Notes under the pieces: generated by a model
The model's input: the letters and a program-made list of their open reading frames with translations, nothing else
The model's database searches: none
What the model was told of the DNA's origin: nothing
Part shown: positions 23,871 through 37,226 of the stretch, piece after piece
Position numbering within the stretch: position 1 is the stretch's first letter
Layout of the letters: each line of letters begins with the position of its first letter
Translations under genes and position numbers: made by a program
NCBI GenBank assembly: GCA_028534125.1
Contig: CM052816.1
Span: 11,596,001 to 11,660,000, forward strand
Origin: Lama glama
Taxonomy: Eukaryota
Length of the DNA: 64,000 bases
Reading direction: 5' to 3'

Positions 23871-26653
23871 CCCATCAACTTCACAAGTAATATCTGTTCT
23901 CCAAAAAGTGGTTACCCTTAAGCTAGCTGGCAGAGGGAGTTGGCAGTACGAGACCTCTTTTTCTCTAATGTTTCGCCTCTAGCCCTTCAGAAATAAAATT
24001 CACTGTCCAAGAAAAAGATACTCCAGTGTCTATTAAATGCTAAGAGAAGAAAAGAGAGCCTTAAAGGACTCCACCTTGTGCAGCCTGTTTAGCTAGGATC
24101 AGAAGTTGGAGTTGCATTTGTTGGAACAGAACCCATGCAGAAAAATGATTCCACAATAACTTGAAACCCTTACTTGTCTGAAAGAGTTAAACTGAGTGAC
24201 GGCATGGCCGGACCTTAAGATAGTAGCTCTCAGAGCTGTGGACAGGCGTGCTGTGCGGGAGGCAGCAGAGAGAGAACAGCATCCTCCATCCTGTTAAATT
24301 AAACTCCACGGAGCCATTCTCCAGCCTTCTCGGAGAAGGTTAGAGCCGTTTCGTGCCTGCCATCTGTTAGGCTGCTGATGGAATCATTACTTCTTTGTGT
24401 CGGTGCCAGGATGAACTTTTAGATCCAATGACAAAGGAGAAAATGTTAACTATTCAGTTGTATGTCTTTGTTTTTCTATTTTGGAGGTCAGGTGTCTCCT
24501 TGAATTCAGAAGTCCATCAATTGTTTAAACTTTGAAAAGACTGCGTTGCTAGTTGCTTTAGAGGTTTAGGGGAAATTATTCTCTGGACCGAAGCTCCTCT
24601 GTTACGTGTGTTTGTATAAGGATGTAGTTATTAATCTGGTCAAAACCAAAGTCATTCTTGACAGCCATTAAAAAAAAAAATTCCCCTGATCCTCAGGACA
24701 GAAGGTTTCCAGAAAGCAGCCAGAAAGAATTTAATGAATGAATTACCCCAGAATATTGTTTTTGTAAATGGAAGCGGGATATTGGGCAAGGAAAGAAAGA
24801 AATGGGAGAAACTTTCAAGATCATACCTGTCACTGATTAGGTGAGGGTGACTATGAGGGAACTATTGTCTGATAATTTCTTTCACAAATGACAGTTCTGA
24901 GAGTTGGAGGGTAGAGCATCTGCAGATTTAGAATCTTAATTCATGCCTTAAAATTTTTTTTTAATATATCCATATATAAGGTACATTGAACTTTTTTCTA
25001 CTTTTTCTTGGTATCTTGGTGACTGGATCTAAAGCCTTTGGAAGACTTGGAGTCAATGTGCGGCACTGGATGGCTACAATTTTTAATTACAGTTTTTAAT
25101 TGGATGAAACTATGCATCTGATTACAATTGGAACTATTCCAGTACGGAAAGTTGTCTTTTTGTGTGTGTGAAGTTACAGCGAGCACTGTAACTTGCTTCC
25201 TTAGGTGTTAATTGTTCCGTCAAGTGCTATGAGAACCATTTCTTCCTGGAAAAAGAAATGCCAACAGTATCTTGGGACCTTATTAAAGGCAAGGATTTTG
25301 CAGAGAAGAATTGGGGAACAGCAAAGCACTCGCCAGGCATTGATTTCTCCTGATCTGCCTCTGAAACCTTTTCCTGGGCGCTGGCACCTGCAATTCTCAA
25401 AGCAGCGTATTTGTACTGGGAGTATGTGGCCATGTCTGTGGGGGATGTGTGAAGCCACAGATAGATGGGCAAAATGCTCCTCCCAGAACGTTTTTCTCAG
25501 AGATGTGTGGGAGAAACATTTTTATATTAAAGCAGATGTATAACTTGGTAGTATGTGAGATTGGAATGGATTTTTAATTTTTAAAAAATGAGATATAAAA
25601 GACGTTTTGCTTGGGGCACTGCTTACAATGCCACATTGTATGTAGCAAGGATTACATTAGGTTGCATACAATGGAATCAGCAAAGGGTAACAGTTACATA
25701 TGCTTTAGCCTGATACAGGCGCTTGCAGTCGGTACATTGCCACACACTGCAGGGTCATGTTCTGCTGGTGGCAGGTCCCTGTCTGGAAAAGCTGGAGAAA
25801 CCCTGATGGAGGCCACCTCTAGTCCCTGGAGCTCCTAGGATTGCTGTGTCCCTCAGAGTCGGTCTTAACTCCCAGCAGTGTGGCCTTTGCCTACCAATGT
25901 CTTGTAATACAAAACTGGGCAAATAGTAAACTGGGGCAAGCCTTGCCAAGGGGCATCACAGGTTATTTCAAGGACTGAGTTGATAGAGCGTCTTAGTTGT
26001 TGAGAGGGAAATATATAAGTATGAAGAGCATTGATTGAATATTAAAAATTTAAATGATTTTCCACTTTTTTTGGGGGGGGCAGTTATGTTTCCACTTTTG
26101 TTCAGAGAAAACACTAGTCAGGAGAATTTTATTTGTCAACATAATTTTGACATACCGTCTTCCCCTAAGCAGAGGCAGTTCAGACTACACTTCTGTACTA
26201 CAGCTTTCTCTAACCGGGCTGTCAATGGTGTTTAACCCAGGTGCTTGTTAAAATCAAAGGGAAAAGGTATAATTAGTCTTGATGGGGTGAAATAACAAAC
26301 ACAGGGGAAAATTAATGAAGCAGTGTTTTGATTCTTGTAATTATAGTGGTGCGACTGGTTCTGCTATAGTGAAGCTCTTACCATTTCCAGCAAGAAACGT
26401 CTTTTCTGGTTTATTCTTTCAGATACATTTTAACTGTCACGGAGATGGAAATTGTTTGGCGTTTGCCAGCAGGAATAACCTTTATTTTTATTTACAAAAC
26501 ATGCATATTTCTTTTGAGAGTGCCAGCTTGGGTGTTAGACCCAGCTTCTTTGTTGAAATAGCACATCCTGGTCAGATCAGAATTTCCCTTCCCAAAAGTG
26601 AAATTTGACAATAAATTTGGCGTTAGATTAAGATGAAAATACAAGAAATCTGT

Positions 26654-26707
26654 GCATCTGATTTGACTCAAATATAGCCAGCATCTGATTTGTCTTAAAC
26701 ATAGCCC
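26654..26707. repeat. Imperfect 2 x 27-bp tandem repeat
   Basis: gcatctgatttgactcaaatatagcca / gcatctgatttgtcttaaacatagccc (23/27 identical). Confidence 0.8.
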
Positions 26708-26719
26708 AAAAGCTAAAAC

Positions 26720-26892
26720 TAGAATCCAGCTAGGCTTTGTCCTGACTGTGTGCATAAGCTCTCTGGGCTCGTTTTTCTCACATGGGATAGAGTAACATAA
26801 TAACAGGGCCTATTCTGGTTTTGCTGAAAAGATTCAGTGAGTTTAAGACATGTGAAAACAGTTGGAATAGAGCACTGCCTGGCACAGAGCAA
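26720..26892 (+). mobile_element. MIR SINE
   Basis: ctctctgggctcgtttttctcacatgggata...aagattcagtgagtttaagacatgtgaaaaca...tgcctggcacagag. Confidence 0.6.
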
Positions 26893-26914
26893 ACCCTGCG
26901 CGATCTCTGGAAGA

Positions 26915-28529
26915 GACTATGGTGTCAATTCTTTAAAACGTTTGGTAGACTTCTCCAGTGAAACCATCTAGGCCTGAAGATTTCTGTTTCAGGGAGATGT
27001 TTAATTATACATGTGATTTCTGTCATAGTTGTAGGGCTATTCAAACGTTCTGTTCATGCTGGGTGAGTTGTGGTAGTCAGTGTTTTTCGAGGAATTGGAG
27101 CACGTTATCTGAGTTGTCACATGTATGTGTGTAGAGTCGTTCATGGTATTTTCCTATTACCTCTTTCATGTCTGCCTGGCCCTTGATGATACGCTCTGTT
27201 TTATTCCTGATCCTGGGAGTCTGTGTCTTCTCAGTTTTCTTTGTCAGCCTTACAAGATGTTTGTCCGTTTTATTTTTTTCAAAGAGCAAGCTCTTTGTTT
27301 CACTGATTTCTCTCTGTCGATTCTCCAGTGTATTTAACGGACTTCTGCTCTTCATTGTTCCTATCTCCTGCTTGCTGTAGGTTTACTATTCTCTTCATTT
27401 TCTAGATCTTGAGGTGGTAACTTAGATTATTCTTTGGAAACGTCCCCACTTTTCTGATGTATGCAGTTAGTGCTATGAACTTCCCTCCCAGCACTGGTTT
27501 AACTGTGTTCCACAAATGTTTGGTGTATTTTCATTTTCATTCAATGTATTTTTTTTTAATATCCCATGAGACTTTCTCTTTGACCCATGGATTACTTAGA
27601 AGTGTGTCATTTAGTCTTCGAAATGCAGATTTTCCAGCTGTTTTTTGCTATAAATTTTAGTGTGACTCCACCATGGTTGGAGAACACACCCTCTCTGATT
27701 TCAATTCTTTAAATCTGCTGAGGGTTGTTCTCTGGCCCAGGATGCATAAACTGTCTTGGTAGGTGCTTGATGGGCACTTGAAAAGAACGGATATTCCACT
27801 ATTGTTAGGGGAGTGTTCTACAAATGTTGGTTAGATCCTGTTGGCTGATGGGGTTGTTGAGTTCTGTATCCGATGCTCTGTCTAGTTGTGCTGTCAATTG
27901 CTGAGAGAAGGGTACTGAGATCTCCAACTACAATTGTGGATTTGTCTCTTGCTCCTCTTATTTCCATACATTTTTGCTTTACATCTTTTGCAGCTCTGTT
28001 TGGTACATACACATTTAGGATCGCTGTGTCTTCTTTTTGGATTAACTCTTACTATTTTATAATGTCCCTCTCTATTCCTGATAATTTCCTTTGCCTTAAC
28101 GTTTCCTTGAGCTAGAATACCTTTAATAGGAGTATCTGTATTTCTTTTTATTAATGTTTGTATGATAACATCTTTTTCAATCCTTTTATTTTTAATCTGC
28201 CTGTACTGTTACATTTTAAGTGAGTTTCCTGAAAATAGCATATGGTAGGGCCATGTTTTTTAATTTGCTTTGCCCATTTCTGACTTTTAATTGGCGATTT
28301 AGGTCATTTATATGTAATTATTGATTTATTAGGGCTTAAGTATTTTTTTTTTTGCCTTTGGGTTATTCCCACACATTATATAAATCCTCATTTGATTTAT
28401 CCATATATAATGTTTTTGAGTGAATCTCTTCGTATATCTTTTTAAATTGATTGCTGTAGGTATTACACAGCAGTAATATATGTATCTATATTTTACATAT
28501 ATATAGATATATATCCTATATACACATAC

Positions 28530-28577
<48 letters not shown>

Positions 28578-28610
28578 AGTCTACTGGTATCATTTTACCA
28601 GTGTATTTAC

Positions 28611-28658
<48 letters not shown>

Positions 28659-30335
28659 AGTCTACTGGTATCATTTTACCAGTGAGTGTAGAACCTTATA
28701 ACCTTATCTCCCTCTACATTCTTACCTTTCCATGTTTATAATTAATTACCTTAAATATTTCTTCTACATGCCATTAAAACCACATCAGAAAGTATTTTAA
28801 ATTTTACTTAACTATCAAAATTTAAAGGACTCATTAGGAATAGGAGAGTTTGCTATGTTTACCCATATTTTGTTACGTATCTTTTTCCTTCTTGATGTTC
28901 CAAGATTTCTTGTTTTATCATTGCTTTTCTGTTTAGAAAACTTACTTTAGCCATTCTTTTAGGATAGAATTACTGGAAACTAATTTTCATAGTTTTTCAT
29001 CATCTGAAAATGTTGATTTCCCCTTAATTCCTGAAGCACATTTTCACAGCCTATACAGGATTCTGAGTTGAGAGTTCTTTTCTTTCAGTGCTTGAAAAAT
29101 ATTTGTGCCATCTCCTGTGGCCTCCATAGCTTCTGATGAGAAATCAGTTCACTCTCACTGCTTTCAAGTTGTTTTGTTTCTAGTTTTCTAAAGTTGGGCC
29201 ATGATGTGTTTTGCTGTGGATTTCTTTGGGATTATCCTGTTTGGGATTTGTTCAGCTTCTTGAATCTGAAGATTTATATCTTTTGCCAAATCTAGGAAGT
29301 GTCAATGATTTCTAACGTCTCTTTCATCTTGTTGGCATCTATTGTCTTTTGCTTTCAGTTTGAGATCCTTCTGGTTCTTGATATGATGAATGATTTTTTA
29401 TTGGAACGGTGCACTTGGCATATTATGTTAGGAGACTCTGGATCTTACTCAGTCTGTTTTTGCTGCCTTCTTGTGATACCATTCCAGGAGGGAAGGGTGG
29501 GTGCTGCCTCATCACTGCCACATGGTGGGTCAAAGTTTCCCACTCAGCCTCCACTGACATCTGAGGGAGAGAAGACCCTTTTACAGGGTTACAGCTTGGT
29601 GCCAGGGGGAAGTCTGGCTTCTCCTGGGCCCCAGTAATAGCTCCCTGGCTAGGAAGAATAAGAATGCCTCATTGCTACTCCCCACCAGGGCTCCGCTTAC
29701 ATACTATGGAATGGGTGAATGTCCTGACTCTTCACTAGGTCTCCCCTGACACCATCTCTCCAGGGAGGGAGAGGAGGACCTCTTTCCTGCAGGTGTAGGT
29801 GGAAGTCCAGGTTCCGCACATAGTGTCCCCTGGAAGAGGGGATTTATTACCACTTGCTGGGGATGGAAATCCCCGCTCCCTACTCATTCTTTGATGCCTT
29901 CCTGGCAAGGGGATTGGGAATTCCTCTTAAAGCCCAGTGAGAGTAGAAGTCTAGGCTCCTCTTTTGGCCTTTATTGGCATTGGGTGGGGTAGCAGCCATA
30001 GTTTTTCCATGGTATTTGTCTGGAGCATAGTGATTATCTTGTAAATGTTTTCTTTCTTGCTAGACTGCCCCTTTTCTGGTCCTCTGCATAGGCAAGGCAG
30101 GCTTTTATTAATTAGTTTTTTTCTTCTTTTATCCATACCTTTTGGCATTTCCAGGTTGTTGGCTTCCCCACCATTTAGTCTGAGATTCAGTCCAAAAAAA
30201 AAACCTCAGGAAACTCATTGTCGTGTTGTTGTTTGGGTCTCAAGCTTCCTAGCTGGTTTGCCGCCTTCACTTGACTTTACATAGGATTCTTATTTTGTTT
30301 TATATATATGATGTAGGGGTTTAGGTGGTAAGTTG
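26915..30335 (-). mobile_element. Old L1 (L1M-type): decayed 5' region and N-terminal ORF2
   Basis: - strand ORF 27818-28012 (MYVPNRAAKDVKQK...IVVGDLSTLLSAID) matches the L1 ORF2 endonuclease motif IYAPN...GDFNTPLS. ORF 27077-27355 (ETKSLLFEKNKTDKHLVRLTKK) matches ORF2 [23 protein letters not shown]. 29450-30335 resembles an old L1 5' end. Frames are broken. Confidence 0.85.
28527..28684. repeat. Duplicated 77-bp unit, each copy containing (TA)21
   Basis: tacgtg(TA)21tccagtctactggtatcattttaccagtg at 28527-28603 and 28608-28684, separated by tatt. Confidence 0.92.
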
Positions 30336-30384
30336 TACCACCACTGACTTTTTATAAGTCCAAAGCCTTTGGGCTCCTTCGTCT

Positions 30385-30580
30385 ACTTAAGTCCTACCTG
30401 CTTTCAAGTCTTAGCTGAAGTGTCACTTCTGGGAAGCTCCCTCTGAGTCTACACCCTAGGCTGGGTCTCCATTACCCTCCCCCATAGCACTCTGCACTTC
30501 TCCTCGTAATAACTTTGTTCAGTGTCTGTCTCCTCCATCTGACAGCTTTTCAAGGGCAGGGATTGGTCCCATCTTAAATG
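30385..30580 (+). mobile_element. L2 fragment
   Basis: tttcaagtcttagctgaagtgtcacttctgggaagctccctctga...catagcactctgcacttc...agcttttcaagggcagggatt. Confidence 0.65.
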
Positions 30581-31704
30581 AGTGATGTCATCATTTATAA
30601 AATGAGGGAGTTGGAATAGATGAACCTGGAGATCCTCCATCTCTCCCTTCTTTATCTTCTCTCTCTTCTCTTTTTCTTCTACCCTCCAATCTCCCCAACA
30701 AATAATTTCCAAAATAGAATCATACCTGAAATCTTTTTCTGTGCTGTGCCAGCATTGCATTTTATCATGAAAAACAAAATCAAAATTTGGTTATCTGTTG
30801 GATGAATAATGACATCTTGTTATGGTTTAATTGGGCACTTACATGAATACCAGGAGAGTTCATTCATCTGGTCGGTAGACATCGAACATCTACTATGTTC
30901 CAGATTCTGTGGAAGAAGGCTATAGGGATGAAACAGGTCACAAAACAAAAGCCTTGCTCTCACGGAGCTAACAGTTGAAATTTTTTCATATCATTGATCA
31001 TTTACATACCTTTTGTGAATTATATCTCCATGTCACTTGCTCATCTACCCACCACCTGCTCTTCTTTTCCAGTGTTCTTTTAACAAATATTTTGCTCAGG
31101 AGTATGAGAGATGTAAAGTTAAGACAGTCCATTTCACCATTCACTTAACATTTATTCTGCCTCACCAGTTCATACATTCAAACAAAAATGTTTTTCTCAA
31201 ATAGATCTGGGCAGCCTACTTGTCACTATATTGTACACTCAAGAAAAACTTTTTTTATAAAAAGGCCAAAATGGTTGCGATTTTTGGCATTTTATTTTTA
31301 TAATAAATGCATGACCTCACTGTATAGCAATAGTTAAATACCATATATTGCAAGAGGGAATTGAACAGTTGGATTTAGTGAAACCATTTTAACAAGGACC
31401 CGTTGCAGTGTTAGGTTATAATTGCAAAGGAACCTGCCTGAGCTTTAATTTGTCATCTTGTTTTACTTAAAAACGATAGTCAATTTGCATTTCCCAGACA
31501 TTGGGTGCAGTGATGAGAGGTCCTAGATGACAAGCCTGTAACATCAGGAACGTTTTAAACAAAAAACCCAGCATTTCTGATGATTTATAATTCTCAGTTC
31601 AGACGGAGCCCTGAGTTAAGGCTGCTTTAGTCTAACGACACGTTTAGTCATGCTGATCAGCCACTTCATTTATTTCGCATATAACCATTTTTCATATCTG
31701 CAGA

Positions 31705-31870
31705 GGACATTTTAGTGTATTTACTAAGCACTTCCATATCCATTATCTCACTTAATCCCTGAAGCAACCTTGTGGAGATGTAATGAGTGATACCCACTGT
31801 GAGCCTTGGATCTTCATCTGTGTAAGTAACTTATCCAAGGGCACACAGCCAGTAAATGGCTGAGTTGGAA
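31705..31870 (-). mobile_element. MIR SINE
   Basis: attatctcacttaatccctgaagcaaccttgtg...aagtaacttatccaagggcacacagccagtaaatggc. Confidence 0.65.
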
Positions 31871-32299
31871 TCATTGTTTAGCTACATATTTATCATAATC
31901 TCAAATGAAATTTCTTACTAATGCCATGTGATGCTCGATACATGAAAGAGAAAAGTCTGTATATCCCTTGGTTTATACTTCCTAACTACAAGCTATACTC
32001 TGTACATGTCATGTCATTCTCATGCGATCTTATTTGCCTTCTTTCCCTGATGTGGAATAAGCTTCCATTTTGACTCACTTGATGTGTTTCTGAGTGTGTG
32101 TAAAAACAGATCTTGTGAAAAGTCCTTTATTCAGTTCCTTTCAAATTACCCTGTTTGATTATTCCGTTTCTTGCTATGGTTTTGACTACTTTGGGGATAG
32201 AGCTAGAACGGGTTAGACTAATTTAGTTTTTTCATCTGTAAAAGAAGCTGTTGGGGTTGGCATCTGGGAAGCGTAGAAACTCAGGTTTGGGAAAGACCT

Positions 32300-32515
32300 T
32301 AAGAGTCTAGCCTTTGGAATCAGACGGATCACAGAGCAAGCGTTGGCTCGTAAGTCTGCCATTCACTAATGAAGTGGTCTGAGACAAGTTATTTAAGCAC
32401 TCTGAATTTAGGTTTTCTCATGGGTGAAATATAATTGAAAAGAATATTGATTTATAGAATTGCTGTAAAATAATTAGCACAGTGCCTGGCATATAATGAC
32501 CACTCAAAAAAGGTA
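32300..32515 (+). mobile_element. MIR SINE
   Basis: ttaagagtctagcctttggaatcagac...acaagttatttaagcactctgaatttaggttttctcat...ttagcacagtgcctggcatata. Confidence 0.65.
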
Positions 32516-32777
32516 GCCGCTGGAATAGACGCTTCCTTTCTGGATTAAGAGGCTTGTTGGCTATATGAATGAATGCTCTCCATTTTCCCATAAATCATGC
32601 TGAGTGGTGTTGCCACAGCATCCTAAATAGTCACTGCCAGTATACCTCATCATTCACTTGTCGACTTCTGGTCTCAAAAGTTGAATTATATGCTGAATTG
32701 CAAGGGTAACTTGCATTTATTCCCCAATCGGTTTATGCTCATTACAGTTAGAATTACTTAACTATTTTGTGAACTGA

Positions 32778-33412
32778 TGTATTCATTTTCTATTGCTGCT
32801 GTAGACCCAGTGGCTTAAAACAATACAAATTTATTATCTTACTAGAGGTCGGTCTGAAATGGGTTTCATTGGACTAAAGTTAAGGTGCCAGCAGGGCTAC
32901 ATGCCTTTCTTAGCTCTAAGTGAGGATCTCTTCCTTGCTTTGTCCGGCTTCCAAAGGACACCTGCATTCCTTTTTTAAAAAAAATTTATTTAACATTTTT
33001 TTATTGAAATATAGTCAGTTTACAATGTTGTGTCAATTTCTGGTGTACAGCACAATACTTTAGTGATACATTTACATACATGTATTCTTTTTCATTGTAG
33101 GTTACTAGAAGGTATTGAATATAGTTCCCTGGGCTCTACAGTAGGAATACCTGCATTCCTTGACTGTGGCTGTCTCCTTTATCTTCAGAGCCACCAGCAT
33201 AGTATTTTCAAATTACTCTTCACCTCTCTGTTTCACAAGGAAACTTGTGATTACATTAGGCCCCCCAGGTAATCCAGCACAATCTGCCCAGCTCAAGATC
33301 TTTGATGTGATCACACCCGCAAAATCCCTTTTGCCGTGTAAAGTAACATATCCGTAGGTTCTGAGGATTAGAGCGTGGGCATCTCTGGAGGACCGTTGTT
33401 CTGCTTAGCACA
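32778..33412 (-). mobile_element. MaLR solo LTR (MLT1-type), interrupted by an L1 3' fragment
   Basis: tgtattcattttctattgctgctgta...gtggcttaaaacaatacaaatttattatctta ... aaatcccttttgccgtgtaaagtaacatat...ttctgcttagcaca. Confidence 0.85.
32973..33148 (-). mobile_element. Young, heavily 5'-truncated L1 (3' UTR only) with 13-bp TSD
   Basis: Reverse complement is similar to the L1 3' end at 46620-46780. Perfect TSD ACCTGCATTCCTT at 32960-32972 and 33149-33161. Confidence 0.9.
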
Positions 33413-34622
33413 ACTATTGATGTCTGGCAGAAGGCGGGGAGAGGGTGTTTTTATGAAACCTGGTTTCTTCTACTGGAAAGACTCATTATATTAAATTGAA
33501 AAAAAATTGCTTTGGAATTAGAATGTGGGCTAGAAAACTATAGAATTTGGGGGAGATTGTGAAAGTCAAGAGGGATGCTGCACTCAGATTGCTTCAGAAC
33601 CATCTCTGTGTTCTTGCTCCATTTAGATAGAAGTGGTATCTCAGTGTAATTTTATTTGCTTTTTTCTTATGAGTAAAATTGAAACAGTTCTGTATGACTA
33701 AGGACCATTGTATATCTTTCTCATGAGTTGTTTCCTTATGCCTTTAATTCAAGGTTCTGTTGAAGTTGTGGTCATTTTCCCCTTTAACAGTTCTTAAGTA
33801 TATTAAGAATAATATTTTCTTATCTGTGATACATTCTGCAAATGTTTTTTTCCCAGTTTGTCTTCTGTCATTTTACTTTGGTTGTGCTATTTTTTTTCAT
33901 GAAAAATATTTAAAAGTTTTTATATAGTCAAATTTATCTTAATTTTTTTTCAGCTGGATTTTAGATCTTAGGTACTTTTCTTAGACTCACATTACAGATG
34001 AATTCAACTATGTTTTCTTCTAGTATTTGTATAGTTTTATTTTTCACATTTAGCTCTCTGGATCCATTTAGTTTATTTTTACATATAATGTGGATATTGC
34101 ATTTAATTGTATATTTTCCCAAAAGACTATCTAGTTATCCCAGTATCACTTTTTAAAAGTCCATCTTTGCCCATGGGTTTGAAAGCCTTCTTTATTATAT
34201 GTTAAGTTTTCATATGTACTAAATTTCCATATATACTTGGTTCTCTATCTGGGCATTCTGTTCTATTGCACCAGCCTGTCTACCTGTTTGTAGGCCAATA
34301 CTATACTATTTTAATTATAGAAACTTTATAGAATGTTTTAGTACCTGGTGGGGTTAGTTCCTTTTCATAACTTTGTTTTTTCATGGTTTTTCTGGCTATT
34401 CATTCATGTTTATTTTTTCCTATGAACTTTTGTTGGAGCTTACCTAGCTTCATAAAAAAAAAAAGCTTATTGGTGTTTTTATTATTGCCTTAAGTTTATA
34501 GTGTAGAGAGAAGTGATCTTTTTATGACGTTTAGTTGTCCTGTCTAAGAACAAGGGCTCCTTCATTTGTTCAAATTTGACTTTGTGTCTTTCAGTAATTT
34601 TTAAGATTTTTCTCATATAGGT

Positions 34623-35152
34623 TGTTCTCGTTATCTATTGCTGCATAACAAATTACCTCTAAACTTAGTGGCTTAAAACAATAATCAACATTTATTATGT
34701 CACATGTGCTGTAGGTCAGGAATTTAGGAGTGTCCTAGCAGGGTGGTTCTGGCTTGGGGGCTTCTGATGAAGTAGTAGTCAAGATGGTGGTTGGGGCTGC
34801 AGACACCTGAGGCTTCACTCACTGGTGCTTCTAAAATGGCTCGCTTGTGTGGCTGGCAAGCTGGTGATGACTGTTAGCGGGAGGCCATGGTTTCTCACCG
34901 TGTGATGCTCTCCGTAGGGCTGCCTAAGTGTCCTCACAACATGGCAGCTGGCTTCCACTGGATACAAGATCCAAAAGGGAGAACAAGATGGAAACAGTTG
35001 TTTGACATCCAATGATAAGTTATAAAAACATCATTTCCATAATTTGTATAATTGGGTAAACAGATCAGCACTATTCAGTATGGGTGGGTGGGATCTATTC
35101 AAAGAATTGAATACGTGGAGACGGGGATCTTTGGGACCATGTGAGAAGTACA
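34623..35152 (-). mobile_element. MaLR solo LTR (MLT1F/G/H-like) nested in the old L1
   Basis: tatctattgctgcataacaaattacctctaaacttagtggcttaaaacaa...ggtcaggaatttagga...tgtcctcacaacatggcagctggcttcc. Confidence 0.85.
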
Positions 35153-37226
35153 ACTCTTGTGCATAACTGTAGTGCTTTTTTACTAAGTAAGATTGTGGCT
35201 TTGGGGTCATGGTATGTGTGAGTGCATGTGTGTTTACTATGAATAGGTGTTGACTTTTTAAAGTGAAGTTCCTAGAATTTATCAAAATAGTAACAATGAT
35301 TTTTCTCAGACTTGTTATTTTATGCTAATAGATTTCCTACATTGAGTGTACCTTGTATTCATAGAAGAAATCCTGTTTGGTTATTGTATATTCATAGTGT
35401 GATGAATTCTGTTTGCTAACAAATAACATTTGCATAGATATTTGTAAATTATACCAGTTTCTACTTCGAGTTAAAAAAATTTTGAACTATAGCTTATTTG
35501 GGTATCAATATTTGCTTCATAAAATGACTTTGAAAGTTGTTTTTCTTCATTTTCTATGTTTAGAACAGTTTATTTGTTTTTGTTTTTTTTAACATTGGCA
35601 CTATCTGGTTATTGACAGTTAAAATTTCCTTGTGAAACCATCTGGGCCTGGTGCTTTTCTTGGAGTATTGCCTTGATAAATTTTTTTTTTTCTGTAAACA
35701 TTGGCCCATTTAAAATGCTTTGTAAGTCTACTTGAGTCAACTTTGGTAAACTGCATTTCATCAAATTATTTAATACAGGTGTTCAAATTTATTTGCACAT
35801 AGTTATGCAAAATAATCTCCTGATTTTAGAAGTTTTTTTGGTCTCAGTGGTCTGGTGTTTTTTTTTTTTTTACTTTTTATACTTGTGCCTTCTTTTTTTC
35901 TTAATCAGGTGATCTAGTGATATCTACTTAATATTCAAGAACAAGGATTTGATTTATTAGATTTCTTGGTTTTCTCTTCATTAATTTTTATTTTTATCTA
36001 TTTTCATCATTGTGCTTTATTTTGATTAACTTTTTTTATTCTTTTAAAAAGCAATTTTTGGGAGTAACCTCATACTATTGTGGCAGGCCCCCTTATGTCT
36101 GGGTTCTCTTAGAATTAAAAAATACATTTTTAGTTTGCAGTAAGTTTTAGAAATCAATTATTTTCTTCCGATTACTGCTTGAATGTATTCCATACATTCT
36201 GCCATGTAGTATTTTCATTAACATTACATTTTAGGAATTTTGAAATTTGAGATTATATTTCCTCTTTCATTTAATTTTCTTAAAGAGAAAAATTTTAATT
36301 CCCAAGTGAAAGTTTTCTTATTTTTAAATATTGTTATTAATTGCTGATTTAATTGCATTTTAATTAGGGAGTGCTGTTTATAATATTTTTTCTCCATGTG
36401 ACTTAGTGATGTTTTCTTTGTGACCTAATAGTTGATCAATTTTGTAAATGTTTTATGCATGCTTGAGAGGAATACGTATGTTCTTTTATCAGGATTTAAT
36501 GTTTGATATGTTTCAATAAGATCTATTTCAGTGAGAATGTTTATGTGTTCTATAGCCCTATTGATTTTTTGTCCACTTGACCTGTGTTATAATGAAAGGA
36601 GTTTGCTGAAGTCTATCAGGGTACTTTCGTGTATTTTGACTTGATTTTTCTGTAGTTTCTGCTCTATAATGATGATTCATGTGTTATTTGTTGCATAGAT
36701 GTTTCTAAATGTTATATATCTCTGTTTTGAATTATAGCTTTTAGCATTAACATTATCCTTTTTGTCACAGTTTTTTTTTTATGGCTTGTATCCTACTTTT
36801 TGTGTGATACCAAGATTATGAACACTTTCTTACTGATTTCATTGGCCAATTATACCTATATCCATCCGTTTATGTTTAGCCTTTTGGAATCACTTTTTTT
36901 TTCAGTTGTGACTCTTATGCACATCATAGACTTGATATTTCTTTATCAGTCATTTTGGAAATATTCCTCTTTGGAAAGATGAATTAAGCCAGTTTCCTTT
37001 TATTAATATGCTTGTTATGTTGGGTCTCTGTGCTGTTACTTTATTTCAGTTGTAATTATATCATTTTATTAGTTTCTCTGTTTCTCGAGATGGTGTGTTT
37101 ACTTTGGCTTTTAATTGAAAAAATCTTTTTTTATATTAGGCTTAGGTATTTATTGAAAACCTCTGTACTTACACCTTTTTAAATGCCCTTCTCCGCTGTT
37201 TTCTTAGCCTTTATCTGGTGTGTCAG

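Noticed and set aside
27077..28012. Endonuclease-like ORF fragments
   Set aside because: Decayed L1 ORF2 with stops and frameshifts; no sign of domestication.
31510..31580. Box C (GTGATGA) to box D (CTGA) spacing of about 70 nt, snoRNA-like
   Set aside because: The terminal stem is only about 2 bp, I recognise no rRNA-complementary guide, and such motif pairs are frequent by chance. A snoscan or Rfam search would settle it.
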